The notes: generated by a model not told the origin, from the letters alone. Shown: positions 15,040-29,466, counted from the first letter of the stretch. The stretch: 64,000 bases of DNA from Flaccisagitta enflata (GCA_965153355.1 OZ231126.1:11780001-11844000); one strand, 5' to 3'. Numbers and translations are program-made.

Positions 15040-15760
15040 AGTTCTGCCCTGACTTTAGGCTTCTCAGCTTCTGAGATCTGGCCTCAGGCCTGACGCTGAG
15101 GCTGAATCTTCTTCAGGATGAGAGGCAGATTCTGTACCTGAGAGGGTAGATTTTATTGGTGATGTCAAGACTCGCAGGTTTATATATGCAAAACGCTTTG
15201 TAACGCGATTCAGATGGACAGATCGTTATACGAAACAAAAGTCCAGAACCCTGCTGGTGACTTTGTCTGATTTAATACTACGGAAAGTATGATATTGCTG
15301 AATCACATATTACCCTTGGGACCTGTTAGGCCTAGTAATGGTAAGAAATAACAAAGCCCTGAGAATGAAGAAGACTTTTGCTGTCCACTGTCCGTCCACA
15401 GTCCCCCTTAGTCTCCTCTGTGCCTCCTGAGATCATTCTCAAATTAAATCTGCCTCCCAGGCTGGAAACACGCCCCAGCCCTGAATCCAGCCCCTCAGGC
15501 CTTGCAGAATTCAGCCTCAGGCCTGAATGCTTTTAGTACCTGAAACATCCTCCAGGCTGCAAACTCCGCCTCTCAGATCTGCCTGATAGACTCAGCGCCT
15601 GGAGAGGTGGCAGACTTTGCACCCAGAGAGGCAGACACGCTCAAGAGCTGTGATGAACACCGACGGATGGACGGATTATCAAACAAGGTGGACCTCTTCA
15701 GTTCTAATATAGACTTTGTCCCCTTCAAAACCGCTGCCCTGCTCACACTCTCATTGAGTT
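15040..15760. mobile_element. Garbled copies of the 21-bp-core non-autonomous element seen cleanly at 49845-50552
   Basis: CTCAGGCCTGA/ATCTGCCTCC-like units and a GACTTTGTCCCCTTCAAAACCGCTGCCCTGCT end motif. Confidence 0.5.
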
Positions 15761-18700
15761 TCTTAATTAAATTGCGCATATATTTCTTTTGAACTGAAAA
15801 TCTCGGAGCGAAATTCCATCGATTGGCTGGTTGTTGTCATATGACTAATTCTGAGACATATGTAAGTTTCAACTGGTGATATCCATTTAAGGATGGATTA
15901 GTCAGATTTACCTCATGAATCAATGAGTGTGCTTCTCCCTATTCCACTTAAACTTTAGTGCTTATACAGCACGTTGACCACATATTGCCTTGGGCACCTA
16001 ACCACCGCCTGTGCCAACCCCCATGACTGTATCTGTTTAGGATCCATCACCCCCCTCGACCACCTCTGGTGCCCTTCCCCGGCCCCCTGATTCAAACAGA
16101 TCATCGAGATGATTAAAAGATTTTGTACACTGACTTGATCAGCTCATGAGTGACTCGTTCATTAATTTAGTTGTGACACTATGATTTAGATTGTTTTACT
16201 TGCTGTTTTTTTGTCCATTATACTACACCCAACCCAGAATGTAATACCAAGAGTGAATACTGTTAAGATTGGGAAAAAGATGGCTGCTGAGGTGGGCCTA
16301 AAGAATGACTGTGTGATGCAACTGTCAGATGGGAATAAGACTTCACAAGATAGACAATGATACCAAATATGTTTTTGATAACCTTTTATCTTATATAAAA
16401 ATCAGAATGCAAAAATGAATAAAAGATAAGAAAATGAATGAGAAAATTGCTGCATTAATATTAAATGTGTTTAGGTTTGAAAATATGCTTTGTTTTGGTT
16501 AAGCACATATTCATTAAGATGGTTGAGGCCTCTGATTGACATCGTCTCTACCAGCACCCTCCCCCGTTGGTGTCACGGCACTTATATTGGGCTACTCATG
16601 ATCGAGTTTTGCTGAAAGTAGAATTGCTGTTTGCATCCCTCACCCCAATCATCCCAAATTCTAGATTACATTAGCAATGAGATATAAGGAAAATATAATT
16701 ATAATACATCCAGTTCCCAGCACACCACACTTGATATTTAGCTATACAGTCTGACTTTATAAAGTGACAAAAAATGAAAATATATCTGTAAGTTATCATT
16801 CAATAATGTTATATCAACATTTGAGGCACTTGAATATAATTTGCCTTTAAACAACAAAAGTTAACATCACAGACTGATCCGTGACAAGTGTTCAAACAAC
16901 ATTTAAAATGATGACCAATCTGCAATTGTAGCTTTATTCTGTTTAAGAAATAAAATCTCTTCCAAGTTGATGCTTTTCTACTTTCATGATGTTGATATAT
17001 TTATTAGCAAGATAGTAGTAACTATATTAATATATAGAAATTACAATTTTTCTAAAAATACAATAATGTAATTCAACAATTTTATAATGATTTTTCAATG
17101 ATGCAAGATCAATAATCATGTTAATAGAATGTAATTTTATTTCTTCCTGCATGATGGTCCTAAAAAGGGTAGTATCTGTATGTATGTAGATGCTGTGTAA
17201 TTATAAGGCCAGGATACATGGCTACCTGGTTAAGTGGTAAGGAGAGGCTGTGATTTTGAGGTCACTTGAGCACTGGCAGGATACAAAGATCAACCTGAAA
17301 AGTAAATTGTGATTGACGGATTGACAGACAAAACTGACAACGATAGAGTTTGCAGCACGCTAGAACGAGCAAACTATTGCCCTGTTTCGAATAATTTTTA
17401 ATATTTCTTTCCATTTCTTACTTCTTGAGTCACATCTATAACAAACTGTTTACTTTGATGCTACCCTGCTTCTTTTGAGTTTATATGGGCATGATAGGCA
17501 AATGAACTTAGATTTTCTGCAGACATCTGGCTCTATCATAGATTCATTCAGCTGCAAAAATTTGGGGATGGGGATGTTGTTTTATAAGAGTTACACCAAA
17601 AACAGTTTGAAAAATTCAAAAATTGTATTATTTGCCATTTAAACCAAATACTTTTGTGTTAAAGATGAAAAATGAATAAATTTTGGGGACATCTTTTCCC
17701 ATCATAGACTACTACATCAATAAAAACTTTGGGGATGGATGCTGATTATATTTCACACCCCAAAAACAGTTTAAATAATTCAAAAATCGCATTAGTATTC
17801 CTAAACCAAAATTTAGTGCTTAAAGGACCAAATGAATAAATTTTTAGTGACATTCTGTCCTATCATGACTAATATACAAAGAATTTGGGGATGGGGTGTC
17901 AGAACACTAATATGCATTACACTTTCAGAAAACAGCTAAAATTAAAAATCATTGCTTTTGGCCATTTTAAACTACAATTTTATTTAATGCGTGAAGGCTG
18001 CCACACAGCACACAAGAAATGAATTGAACTTTAGATGACTTCTGTCCTAACACACCATCACAGACAGATGTTAATGGATATGTTACACTAAAACAGCTTT
18101 TATGTAAAAGTCAAAATGTGATTTTTTACATTTAAACCAAAAATTTTTAAACAAAGCAGATTTAAATGAATAAATTTTTGGGGACATTCAGTCATCATGA
18201 TCATTATACAGAACAAATTTGGGGATGAGGATGTCACACCAATATGCACACCTGAAAAATAGCTTAAAAATTCAAAATCACATTTTTTGCCATTTGAAAA
18301 CTAAATTAAGTTTAAAGATGATTTAAAGCCCAACAGATTAAAGACATCTGTCCTATCATAATAATATAAAGCACAAAAATTTGGGGATGGGGATGAAACA
18401 AATGATTATGCCCTCACACCCTAAAACAGCTTGTAACTGTAAATCAGCATTTTATCATTTGCAAACCAAAATGTTTGTGCTGAAAGCGTGACGGATATGA
18501 ATAATTTTTGGGGACATCTGTCCTATCATGGACTACTGTGCCATTGAAAAATTTTGGGGGATGGGGATAATGTTTGATATAGCAAGATGACTAAAATGAA
18601 GTAAAAATTCAAAAAATCATTTTTTACATTTGGGAACTGAAATTTTTATGCTTAAAGCATGACGGGAAACAAAATTCTGGGGACATCTGTCCTATATCAT

Positions 18701-19729
18701 GGACTACTATGCCACAAAAAATTTGGGGATGGGGATGACGTTTAATATGCTTACACTAAAAAACAGTTTAAAAATCTTCAAAATCACATTTTTGCTATTT
18801 AAACCAAAATTTTGTGCTTAAAGCATGATTTAGGCAATGAATACCCTCCTTGTGTAATATCTGTCCTATCATGTAATGTAATATGCTGTGTACACCTAAA
18901 TATTTAGACTGTTTATTTATAAACACACCCCAAAATGTAATAAAAGCAAAATCTACATTTTTTTGCAGTTTTTGCACTATTTTTAGAGACTGTGAAACCA
19001 TAATTTGGTTGGTTATGTTGCAACAGGACATATCTCCACACTCTTATGATAATTTTGAGTGACTTTATTCATATTGATTAAACGTTGCCTTTTTGAGACA
19101 CTTGTAGCTAACCGTATTCCCTCTTCAGAAATTATCACAAGACTGGTCAAAAGTTATTCATCATTTAAAAAAAGTCACCAATTTCTGTCTATACATGAGA
19201 TATGCAGACCACAAGAACACGCTTGATAAATATGGCGCGAAGGAAACCATCCATCTACACCTTCTCATACTCCCTCATATACCAAAACAGCAAGAAACTG
19301 AAACTCTTCTTCCTGAAACAACCCTTTCAAAAAATCTTATGTCAACCCTAAAATTTAAATCACCTTGTAATATCATCCTTAGATTGTTACAAAACAGAAT
19401 TACCAAATGATGATGTAGCTATCCAAGGATAATCTAGGATATCTGTGAATGTTGATATTTTGGCATCATATTTTTACTGCTAGATCTATTTCATTGTCCT
19501 TTCAAGCTGGCACACATTTATTTGCTCGTGTAAGATGACACATTTGATTATCTGACAGCATTCTTTTCAGTTAATCATGTGTTTTTAACAAGCAATTCAA
19601 CCTTTAGCACTTTAGGATTACAGGAAACTCTGTGGTGAGTGGTACTTATTATTTATGACATTATTTGCTTGAATTGCTGAGGCAGTAGCCATGAGATGAT
19701 GCACCCACATAGAAGTAGGCATTAACCAA

Positions 19730-19970
19730 TCCCCCTCCCCACAGTCCATCAAATCCTACCCTGATGGAAAAAAAACATCTGAACGCCACTCTTGCCCCAC
19801 CCACCCACCCAGCACAGTCCATCAAATCCCACCCCGATGGAAAAAAAACACCTAACGCCACTTTGTCCCACTCCACCCACTATTGTCCATCAATCCCACC
19901 TGATGGGATAAAAACACCCAACGCCACTTTATCCCACTCCACCCACCTGCAGTCCATCAAATCCCTCAAA
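19730..19970. repeat. Degenerate ~70-75-bp C-rich tandem repeat, 3-4 units
   Basis: CAGTCCATCAAATCC..GATGGAAAAAAAACA..AACGCCACT recurs. Confidence 0.8.
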
Positions 19971-20313
19971 GCTTGTCCTCTTTCACCTCCTCCCCACCCA
20001 CCTCCAAGTTTTGTTTTCAATATTTAATCCCTCATGAACTTCATCACTTATTTCTTAGTTTATCACCAAAGAAGTATTTATCTGAGATAAAGTAACTATG
20101 AACTATGTTGCCATACACACATATATATAAAGCTCTTACATATGTTTCTTCAAAATCAGATACCTTCATATCACAAGGCGAGAAGAAATTAATCATCCAG
20201 AATTAATTTCTGTAATATGCAAACAATTGAAAAACAAAGCCATTTACACGGCTTATCTTAGTCACATGTAGAGATAGCAGATATATCTTTATGACAATTC
20301 CTAGGACACCCAG

Positions 20314-23300
20314 TGTTGAAATATACCATCTTAGGTATGTATTTTTATTGGTTCTTTTATGTTATTTTTTCTTCACTATTCAATGCTCCAAGTGTCTTTC
20401 TTTTGTTTCTTGCCATTTTTATATTGAACGCTATAGATAATAACTACATGTGGTTGCTTTGATTTTGTGCCATTTGTTTTCACTTCTTTACGTGTGCAAC
20501 ATACGTAACTGTCCCGTATCATCCACTTTTACTGATTGATTTTATTATTTACATAATATGCTTCTTAAAGTGATTGATTGATTTTTCATGATCTATTGAA
20601 TGCGCCTCCTGAATTCACCAATTTCAATCTTCTCATCTTTATTGCAGATAAACTGAACGACACTAACATTAGTTTGACCTTCTCGACAGACTGTGCCAGT
20701 TCAACGAAAAGTGGCTCAAAAAGTAAGTTTATAGACGCGTCTTTGCTTATTAACGTTGTTTTATCTTGTTTCCGGTCTGTTATTTTTGTCTTTTGCCCTT
20801 TTGCATTTTTATCGCCGGATTTTAGTATGATTTTTATCGCTTGCCCGATCAGCTTGCTACAGGGATGATATGGATGAATTTAATGGGATGGGCTGGGGTG
20901 GGGGCAGGCATTATCAGGTGGCTCTGAAGTAGATTAACACAATGTCATGTGCTGTTTCTGTCCTTTATTGTGTCCTATCTCGATTTCATGTTATCTTTGC
21001 GTTTGCTGATCACAATTAACGCCCACTTTCATTTTTCCCCCTTTCTTCAGTTGTTGAAATTTTTATGGAATAAACTAGATGATCGTCTTCCTATTTTCCA
21101 ATCGGACAACTTTCTTTCACCACAAGTCGCCAGTCAGATAGACGCTCAGACAGTGCCAGCTGAAAACTCGCGCTTAATTATATTATTTCAACAACGAAAA
21201 CGACTTCGACTTCTTCCGCTCTTCACCTCCGAAAACGAAATTGACACGAAGGTGCCGCGCTACAACGACATACCGCCTCAAACCGCTTCAACGTCATCCG
21301 CAGACCTCACTTCGTTTGAACTGTGTCCAGGTCGTGGACCGCGAGCTAATGAGTGGAACGACATCACTGGGCGTGAATGGCAGATGCCGCGCCTTTTCTC
21401 GACGTCGTCATTTGCAACTGGCCGAACGACGACTTCAATACGCTTCAGGAATCAGATGGCGCTCTGACACGACTGGATATGGCTTACGACTTACATTTAT
21501 CGCGCAAGGCAAATGGCGCTCGACCAGATGCCCGGCATTCCTCTTATCTTCGCTGTGGCGTCTTCTTTGCGTCGAATCCGGCGCGAATGGGACTCCATGC
21601 GTTTCTTTGATCATGAAAACTATCCAGAGGGTTTTCCTTCCAACGCCGACATCGTGAACGCAGTGCACAATGACATTGGGAATCGCAAAGACCCGTCAAC
21701 GAATTCTCATGGAACAGTCTCCCAACTGACACTGACGCCACCCGGGACAATGTTACCGGCGCTCCGACTCCAATGATGCGCGCAACGTTTTCGCCAAACC
21801 CCATTTTAGGATCTGGAGTATCTACCACTTCCGGTCCCGCGACATGGTGCGCATCTCCACCGGCGCCAATTTAAATTCGCCGCCGATCCAAAGAGGAGAT
21901 GTCACAATCAATGGGTATCAGACGGTCTCGAAATTGAACAACAAAACCCAAAGCAGCCTGACACAGGAGCAAGCACGACATGCTTGTGATCTCTGACGAC
22001 GCGGGACGCTCTGCAAGAGGTCATGATCACTAACGGATTGACGCCAAGAGAGAGTAAGTGAAAGCACGTCAATAAAGGAGTGCTGAGAGAGACAGATGGG
22101 GCAGGTTGAGGAGGAATGCTATTAAGCGTCAATGGCTGATTGACGATATGCAGCAGCAACAACGGGAGGAGGAGCAGCGACAGTAACAGGAGCAACAGAA
22201 TGCAGCAGCATCAATTGCAGATGGCAGCAACCCAACAGCAACGCCAACTCATACCTGATCAAGGAGCAGCAGGCAAACACACCAACGCAGGCCCAGCAGC
22301 AGCAGTTGCAGCAACTCAACAATTTTGTCAACAAGATCCATCCTGAGCCGGCGCTCAACAATACAACAATACGCAGACTAACAGCATCAACAGCAACAGC
22401 AACAACAACAAGAGCTGTGGCAACATCAACCGGTAACGCAACAGCAATCAGAACAACAACAGCAGCAAAATTATGCAGACGAACGAATACAACAGCAACT
22501 ACAGCAGCAACAGCAACCTTCCGCCGCTATCCCAGCGGTGGTGGTGGATCCTCCAGCTTCGATTAACTATCCTGTTGAAAGCATGAACGTCAGTGAGGAG
22601 ACAGAAGAAGAGAGACAGCAACGCCTTGCAGATCAACGGCTGCGCATGATGGCTGAAGGTGAAGGTGGTGGTGTAGCAACAGCTCCAAAGGCGCCGATCG
22701 CGGTGCCATTGGGATTCCAACAACGAAGCTCATCACAAGAAGACAAAGAGTCACACGACAGAATGTGTGACTTTCGCCAGCAGCAGGAACGAGATGAAGA
22801 TAGAAGAGCAGAAGTATTTACTAATGCGGCAGAAATGCAACGTGCGCACTGGAATAGCCTGACCCACGGCGGCATTGGTGGGGCTTTAGAGCAGCGTGAT
22901 GAAGCTAGACAACTGTCTGAGTTGACCATAGCAGCCGCAGCATCCGCTGCACTCCGCCGATCTATCTTCTGTACTCCCTAACTGGGATTGTTCACCCGGC
23001 ATAAAGGTGCAACGTTAGCTAAGGTAAAGTAGTCAGTGTGAAAAACATGTCCGTCAAGCAGCCATGACAGCAGCAGCAAACAGCGCGCAGCAAGGACAGC
23101 GCTGGGGCCACAACTGCAGCAGCAGAATGAACAGCAGCGCCCTGACCAGCAACAGCAGCTTCAACATCAACAGCGGCAGCAGCACCAGTTTCAAAAACAG
23201 CAACAGCATCTGTATCAGCATCAACAAACTCCAGCAGCAACGATTCTCCCTACCGCACCGGAAGTGATCTTCTAGAAGCAGATTGGTTCTGCCGAAGGGA

Positions 23301-26300
23301 GACTGGTCTTCCCCATCAAGAGGAAAAGGCTCCCAACACAGCCGTGGAAGCGGATATGATGCGACGGAGAATGATGCGCAGGAGGCAGAAGTAAAGAGGA
23401 TAAGCGCTGACGCGGTTACACAGCAGCTGTAATAGCAGATAAAGAAAGAAGAAAGTGTTGCTCCCAAGAAGACAATGAGTGGATTGCAGCCAAAGGCGCC
23501 GAAAGGAAGCGTGCTGCCTCATAACGCCTCAATAGGTCATCCAGCAGAATCACTGCAGCAGGAAGTGGATACCTGAATATGATTCATATAGAGATTTACC
23601 TTGGCTGCACAAGAAGAGAAACAATCAAAAGAGGAACAACAAACAACAGCGACAGCACGCCCTTGCTAAGATTTTGATGCCCTACTCCATCAAGATGATC
23701 ACAACAACAAGTGAATCCGGAAAAGAGCTGGGCTGGCGTAAAACCACCAAAAGAGATCTTCCGCAGTGTCGTAAATAATACATTTATCCAACAACCCCAG
23801 CGATTACCGGCGGAGCATCAACAGCCCATTAACCGGGAAGTCCGCGTCGATGCCCAACAACTGCTCTGGGACAGGTTTGGAAAGAGCGACGTGACAAATG
23901 ATCCTTGACAAGTGAGCAAGGAGGCTTCCACCTTCCTGTGCTGGAGAGAGCAAGGTTATCTTTATAGCTTGCAGAGCCATCCACCACTTCATGATAAGAG
24001 AAAATCAAAGATGCTGAGAAGCATGAAGGCTTGACTTTAAAATGACATCTCCAATAATTGCCTATGGTCGTTATCCGCAAAAGATGTTATTATGACCGCT
24101 GAAATTTGCGCCACGATGAAACGTTTATTACCAGCAAGAGGAGAATTGGACAGACGCCTTTTCGCAAAAAATGGACGCTGCCTTCACATGGCGCGCTGCA
24201 ACATTGCGGAAGAAACACGAATCACACGAAGCGAGCTATGATATCTGCTGGCCGACCATGCATTTAATTGCTCTGCCAAAGTTGCAAAAGGCAAAGAAGA
24301 TTTATGGACCAGAGAAGCAACAATGCTATTATCATGATTGGCTGCTGCAGGAGATCTCACTGTAGTTATGTGGTCCTCATCTTTAGTGATAAATTTGGGA
24401 AAGCAGATCATGAAGCAGCCTAAATGGACAATTATTTGGTCTGGACAACTTAATGGCCACATCGATATTACAGATTCAGCAACAAATGCTAAAGTTGAAA
24501 GATCTGCGGCAGCAGCTTCCGGAACTACAGAAAATATAAGCTACTATCATATGAAGATGCTTTGACTAATGGCAAGCAAAGACGCAGAAGTCGATTTGAC
24601 CACTGCAACAGCTCTGCAGTGAATGCACGCAGAGAAGAATGTCATCAGCCGTTAGAGCAAGGACGCCGAGAGTTCGCAAAGATCATGTGTCCGACGTCTT
24701 TGCTTCCACTGCCTCGCGCCAGGACACAACGCCAGTGATGCGCTAACAGCACCACTTAACAAACTCAAAGCTGGCACGCACCATTCACGGCACTGCCAGT
24801 GCAGGCAATAGAATAATATATAGCAATAAGCAGGAAATATACGCCCGCTATTCCTCTTCAAAAAAGTCAGAGACGTTGCAGACAATTTTAACATCACGAC
24901 GGTGAGGCAGCCAACTTGCTGAAGATGACCTTCAACGCCACGGCATGACTGGTACACGCACGGCGTCCGCCTTCTTTTCACCAACACGCCAACCGTCCGA
25001 TTGTTCCAGCGATCATCATAACACCTTTCGGCGCGCAGAGGACGATTTACGCGGCGATCATCCAGGGCGCTGACGGCGACGCGATCAGCAATAACAAGTC
25101 ATTCGCAGTCTTCGATTCCAAATTTTAAAACAGCAAATGACGGATTATCGGAAGTCATGCCGCTGAGGACTGCTCATCGCACGTTCACTATGCAAATCGG
25201 TCACGAGAATACCACGCCAACCACGCATTGGTGCGATTTCCATATCGAGTGAACGCGACATTCCTCCTTTTCTCCTCGCACCTATCTGACCAACCCCGCA
25301 TCAAGGCATAAAATTTCAGCTGGCGCGCAGATGATGATCACTCCGTGGAGCTGGCGATGCGATACCACGTCGCTCTGCACAAACCCCGCCGAGGCTTTCA
25401 TAGACCTTTGACTGCTTCAGATGTCTATTCCTGGTTGACCGTATGCGGAAAACGCGAAGAGGACGAGATATTGCGCTTCATCAATCGCCATCGCGCACGG
25501 ATGATCACGCCTTCCTCAATCTATAACATCGATCGGCATCTCATAATCCACAGTTCTCATACATGATTAACCGCTTCTTCTACCATGACTTTGCATCATC
25601 AATCGTCTCGCAAGAGAGGATGAGCGATTCCCTAGAGAATATCAGAGCGTGCAAAACGTTAGAGGAAAAGATATATTTTTGCCCAATTCAGAAAAAGTAC
25701 TTTGCTCCTGTCACATGGAAATTTCATCACGCAAAAATCATGGAGATTCTGAGAAGAGTGAAATCACGATCGACTGCGATGAAGCGACTTGGTAACCAAC
25801 GTTTTCGCTTCAAGCGTGATCCAGCCTTCAAAGAAAGAGTCTTCCTGCATAATCAGGAGGAAATGACGCAGACGGGAGTGGCGACAGAAGATGATAATCA
25901 AACAATGCCGACGACGACGATTTGCATTACAGCCGCTGGCGCTTACGCTTCATATTGTTGAATTATGAAAACAGATACACGATGCATGTAGTATGCCCAC
26001 GGGATTCACTCACGATTTGCTCGCCGGAGGTCCAAACCCTATGAACAGCTGAGACATCCCTCTCTCATGCTGGCTGCAAGATCGCCTCTATGTGATATAA
26101 AGAGAGCGCCTGAATTGCATCCGCGTCCAACCCTGACGACGCTGACCTGTCTAGATTCTTTTTGGTTCAAAGACCGCATTTCCATTAGGCCATTTTGAAT
26201 CTGTTCTTATCGCTGCTCCCGGGCACAATCTGCGCCATTCGCCACATCTTTCACCGTCAGAAAGCAGGCCGAAGCAATCCAAATCAAATATCTCTGCAAC

Positions 26301-28890
26301 GTCTACGATCTTATTCGCTTCGGCTTCTACGTCGACGATTTACTTGGAGGTGGGGATTCGGCCGACGAAGCACTGCAGTTGAAGGTGGATGCAGTGGTGG
26401 AGATGGCTGAAGGCGGGATGGACCTTGTGCAGTGGAAAAGCAACGCGCGGCACTTGATGGCTGGAGATCCTAACGTGCCTACTCCCATTTCAGATAAGGT
26501 AGATGATGCGCCGACGAAGGTGTTGGGCGTCCCATGGCTTCCGGCGGAAGACGTCTTCATTTTCATCTGATTTGAGGAATTCAAAACTCTTAGAGCAAAC
26601 ACACCTCGTCAATTGGTCTCCATGTTACTAAACTTTATGATCCATTGACGGGAGTCCGAGCGCATACAACTGGCAGACGAATCTTCAGTCCTGTCGTCCA
26701 CAGGAAGTGGATGCAGATTCGCCTTGGAAGAGAGCTGCTGAGTGGAACTTTTCTTCCCACACTTCATCTGGCTCCTTTCACAACAATACCACTGAACGCT
26801 GGTGGAATGGCTATGCTTCGATAATAGTGGCACATTGGTGAAATGGTTTAATGAGCATCTTTTTGTGACAGTGGCTCCAAAAGGCGGATATGGAGCAGTC
26901 GCATATCGACGCTAACAATCGAGATGAGATACCAGACATTTGCCTATCATTTCTCCACCCCACTTCGCATCACTTAATCTCAAACGTGCTTCATCACAAC
27001 AGCTGCTCACGCGTCGAGATTGTGTATCCACAGAAAAAAGTGCAGCAGCTCAAACGCTTGCCGAAGGACCATCGACTGATAATCTTTTGTTTATCTGGTC
27101 TGATTCTGAATCTTTCCTCTGCACTGAAGACATTTGCCAACCATAAACAGGCCTGTATTTTTCGCCAATCGCCTCTCCACATCCATAGCGGTCTGATCAA
27201 CAGTAAGGCTGGATTGGCCAATGCCCAAGTGACCACTGGCAGAGGCATTCCAGGCCCATGAAGCTGAAATGGCATTAATCATGTCCTGCATTTTTTAAAT
27301 CTTCCCGATGATCAATGGCCAAAGACGAATATCGCGACGTGCCCTATTTCTGCACAAGTCACCGCATTGTATGTGGCTGAAAGTAAAAAGAAACCAGTGG
27401 CTGACGCGATACTTCTTGCAGCAGCTTCTCGGGGAAAATGGATGCATAAGCTGCGGATCATCGGCATGGCCCTTATAGCAGTCAAAAGGTGGAGATAGTA
27501 CCCAAGGGCAAAGACACGAGCAGCAAATGATCTCCTTCAAACCGGAAGTGACGCAAGACGCTTTGGAGGAGGCAAGCAAATAGCTTGTCAAGTCGATGCA
27601 GCGGCCTGAATGGAAAAAGCATCATTATCCAGACACTCCTCTAACACTGAGCTGGGGGAAAAGTCTTTAAACCAGAAAGTCGTCATGACTTCATCATAAA
27701 GAATAAAGAGATGCGGAAATTGAATCCTTTCATTGACGAATACAGAATATCATATTCATGAATGACAAAACGCCACATCGCACATGACGCTAAATTTCCC
27801 TTCATCCTTGCCGCCAAAAGACGAGAATGTGAAATCATTGACCCGCCATTATCATCACAATGATTTTCACGCGGGTACAAAGCATACACTGAGTCAATTA
27901 CGCCAATTTGTGTGGATTACAAAAGGTCTTCAGGCCGCCAAGAGCGTCGTCAACAAGTGCTTCAGATGCCAGAAGAACTTTAAAAAGAAATCTAATCAGC
28001 AAATGGCCAATCTTCCATCAAATCGCGTCAATCCTGCGCCTGTCTTTGCAGAGACTGGATTGGATGTCATGGGGCATTTCCTAGTTAAAATGAACGGGCG
28101 TGCTGATCACAGCGTGGATCGAGTGTTCACCTGTTTTCGTATCACGCGCCATCCATGTGGGGAATTGCTCTTCAACATCAGCGACGCGATGGTAACCGCA
28201 ATCATCCGCTGAGCAAGGCGCCTCCAGAATCGCCGTTTCACATCAGATTGCGGACGAATCTAGTAGGCGCCACAATATCCTCAAGAAGCGATATGAAGCT
28301 GGGAACCGGCCTCGTCAACTCCCTTTAACTGCATGGCTCTTTGTGATTTCATCACGCCGAGAACACCTCACTATGGAGGGGTGTGAGAGAGAATCGTCGT
28401 TCTCTTCAAGCGCCATATCGCTTCCATCTCGACTGGCGCCATCCTCCACGCCGGCGCCTTCAATACTGCTGCCGCCGAAGTTGAAGGAATTCTCAATCGC
28501 TGTCCTCTAACAGCGCTCAGCGATGATCCAAATGACTCTGAGGCCTCAACACCTAATCATATCCTCAATCCATCGACATCCGGTCACGCCCCCCTGGATC
28601 TGGTGCAACAAGGCGACAACTCTGACGCCGACTCATCGAAGATTCAATGGTGGAGTGCGCACTCATGGGTGGATGCATTTAGGAAATCGTGGAGGGTCGA
28701 ATATTTGCCGCTTCTTCACGCGCGAAGCTCATGGTTGAGATCCGAGAAAGACTTTACGGTAGACGACATGGTCATCGCCATGGACGAAGCGCTGCCTCGT
28801 CACAACTGGAGTTTAGGACGAGCCCTGGGCGTCGAGGGATCGTCCGCCCATGTCCGGAGGGCTCACATCCGGCGCCAAGAGGAAGAAATG
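20314..28890 (+). mobile_element. BEL/Pao LTR retrotransposon copy 2: 5' LTR (~20314-21151), frameshifted gag-pol, 3'-truncated
   Basis: Gag zinc knuckle RRLCFHCLAPGHNA at ~24692. RT FYVDDLLGGGDSADEA..WKSN..KVLGVPW at 26325-26540. RNase H FCD..GYGAVAY at ~26860 and FIWSDS at ~27089. Integrase HH..HAG..WI..C..C and QQMANLPSNRV..PVFAETGLD at 27784-28212, then TPHYGG. C-terminal WRVEYLPLL..W..W.LGR at 28603-28953. The order PR-RT-RH-IN is typical of BEL/Pao. Confidence 0.93.
21360..28890 (+). pseudogene. Disrupted BEL/Pao gag-pol polyprotein
   Basis: Domain motifs are spread over many short ORFs in all three + frames. Confidence 0.85.
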
Positions 28891-29029
28891 ATCAATGTGA
28901 TCTCTTGGTATCTTCAACTTAAAGTAGTTAGTAACTCTAAGGCCTATGCGTGAGGATTTCTTGAAAGAACTTGTTTGTTTACAAACTCAAAAACGTAAAT
29001 GATCAATATTTTAGAAACACTTGATGCTA

Positions 29030-29270
29030 ATCGGGACACTATGTTAAGCTATGCTAAGGGTCATATGATCAATAATGGTCAACAATGGTCATACCAGGTT
29101 TAGATATTTTCAACATTTATATGTTCTGTCCCTATTAGCCCCGCTTTTTTTGTATTTTTGGGGCTAATAGGGACCAAATGAACAAATAGTGAAAAATCTG
29201 AACCCGATATGATTATTATTGCAGTTTTGGTACTGTTGTCCCTAAATAGACTATATTAACACATCTCGCT
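29030..29270. mobile_element. Palindromic MITE-like element
   Basis: GTCCCTATTAGCCCC (29127) and GGGGCTAATAGGGAC (29160) are perfectly inverted, with degenerate arms extending outward. Confidence 0.6.
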
Positions 29271-29466
29271 TTTTCAGTCGTACGTTTTAGCTGAATTTAG
29301 CCCTCATTTCTGAGGTCTGATCCTTTTCTCTTCTAGCTTGCATTTTGGAACAGGACTGTAGAAAATATCTCGGCATTAATTTGCGCAAATATTTATACTT
29401 TTCTCAAGGCTAGGGAAGCTAAATTTTTAATGACTGATGAAATTTGAGCCTTGTAACTGGGTACCA

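Larger units (their letters stand above)
1540..19240. mobile_element. Large foldback-like DNA element with long modular inverted arms, hosting the nested BEL copy
   Basis: 1715-1840 (..GTTTAATCGATATGAACAAAGTTACCCAAAATT..CATAACCAACCAAA) is the inverse of 18965-19085. An array of ~160-180-bp units containing CATCCCCATCCCCAAA lies at 1860-2430 and 14390-15010, and in inverted form (TTTGGGGATGGGGATG) at 17540-18900. Outer ends are approximate. Confidence 0.6.

Noticed and set aside
19240-20310. Possible garbled NTPDase exons 2-3 of the upstream duplicate (e.g. TACAAAACAGA at ~19388, C-rich tract)
   Set aside because: Similarity is too weak to support by eye; it needs an alignment on corrected sequence.
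20578-21180. ORF-like reads in the thrice-repeated segment as a host gene or transposase
   Set aside because: No motif recognised; its position flanking the BEL internal region fits an LTR better.
29449-29466. TGGTACCCAG on the - strand after the downstream repeat as a second PBS (tandem element)
   Set aside because: No retroelement-like sequence follows; a MITE and the truncated BEL lie beyond.
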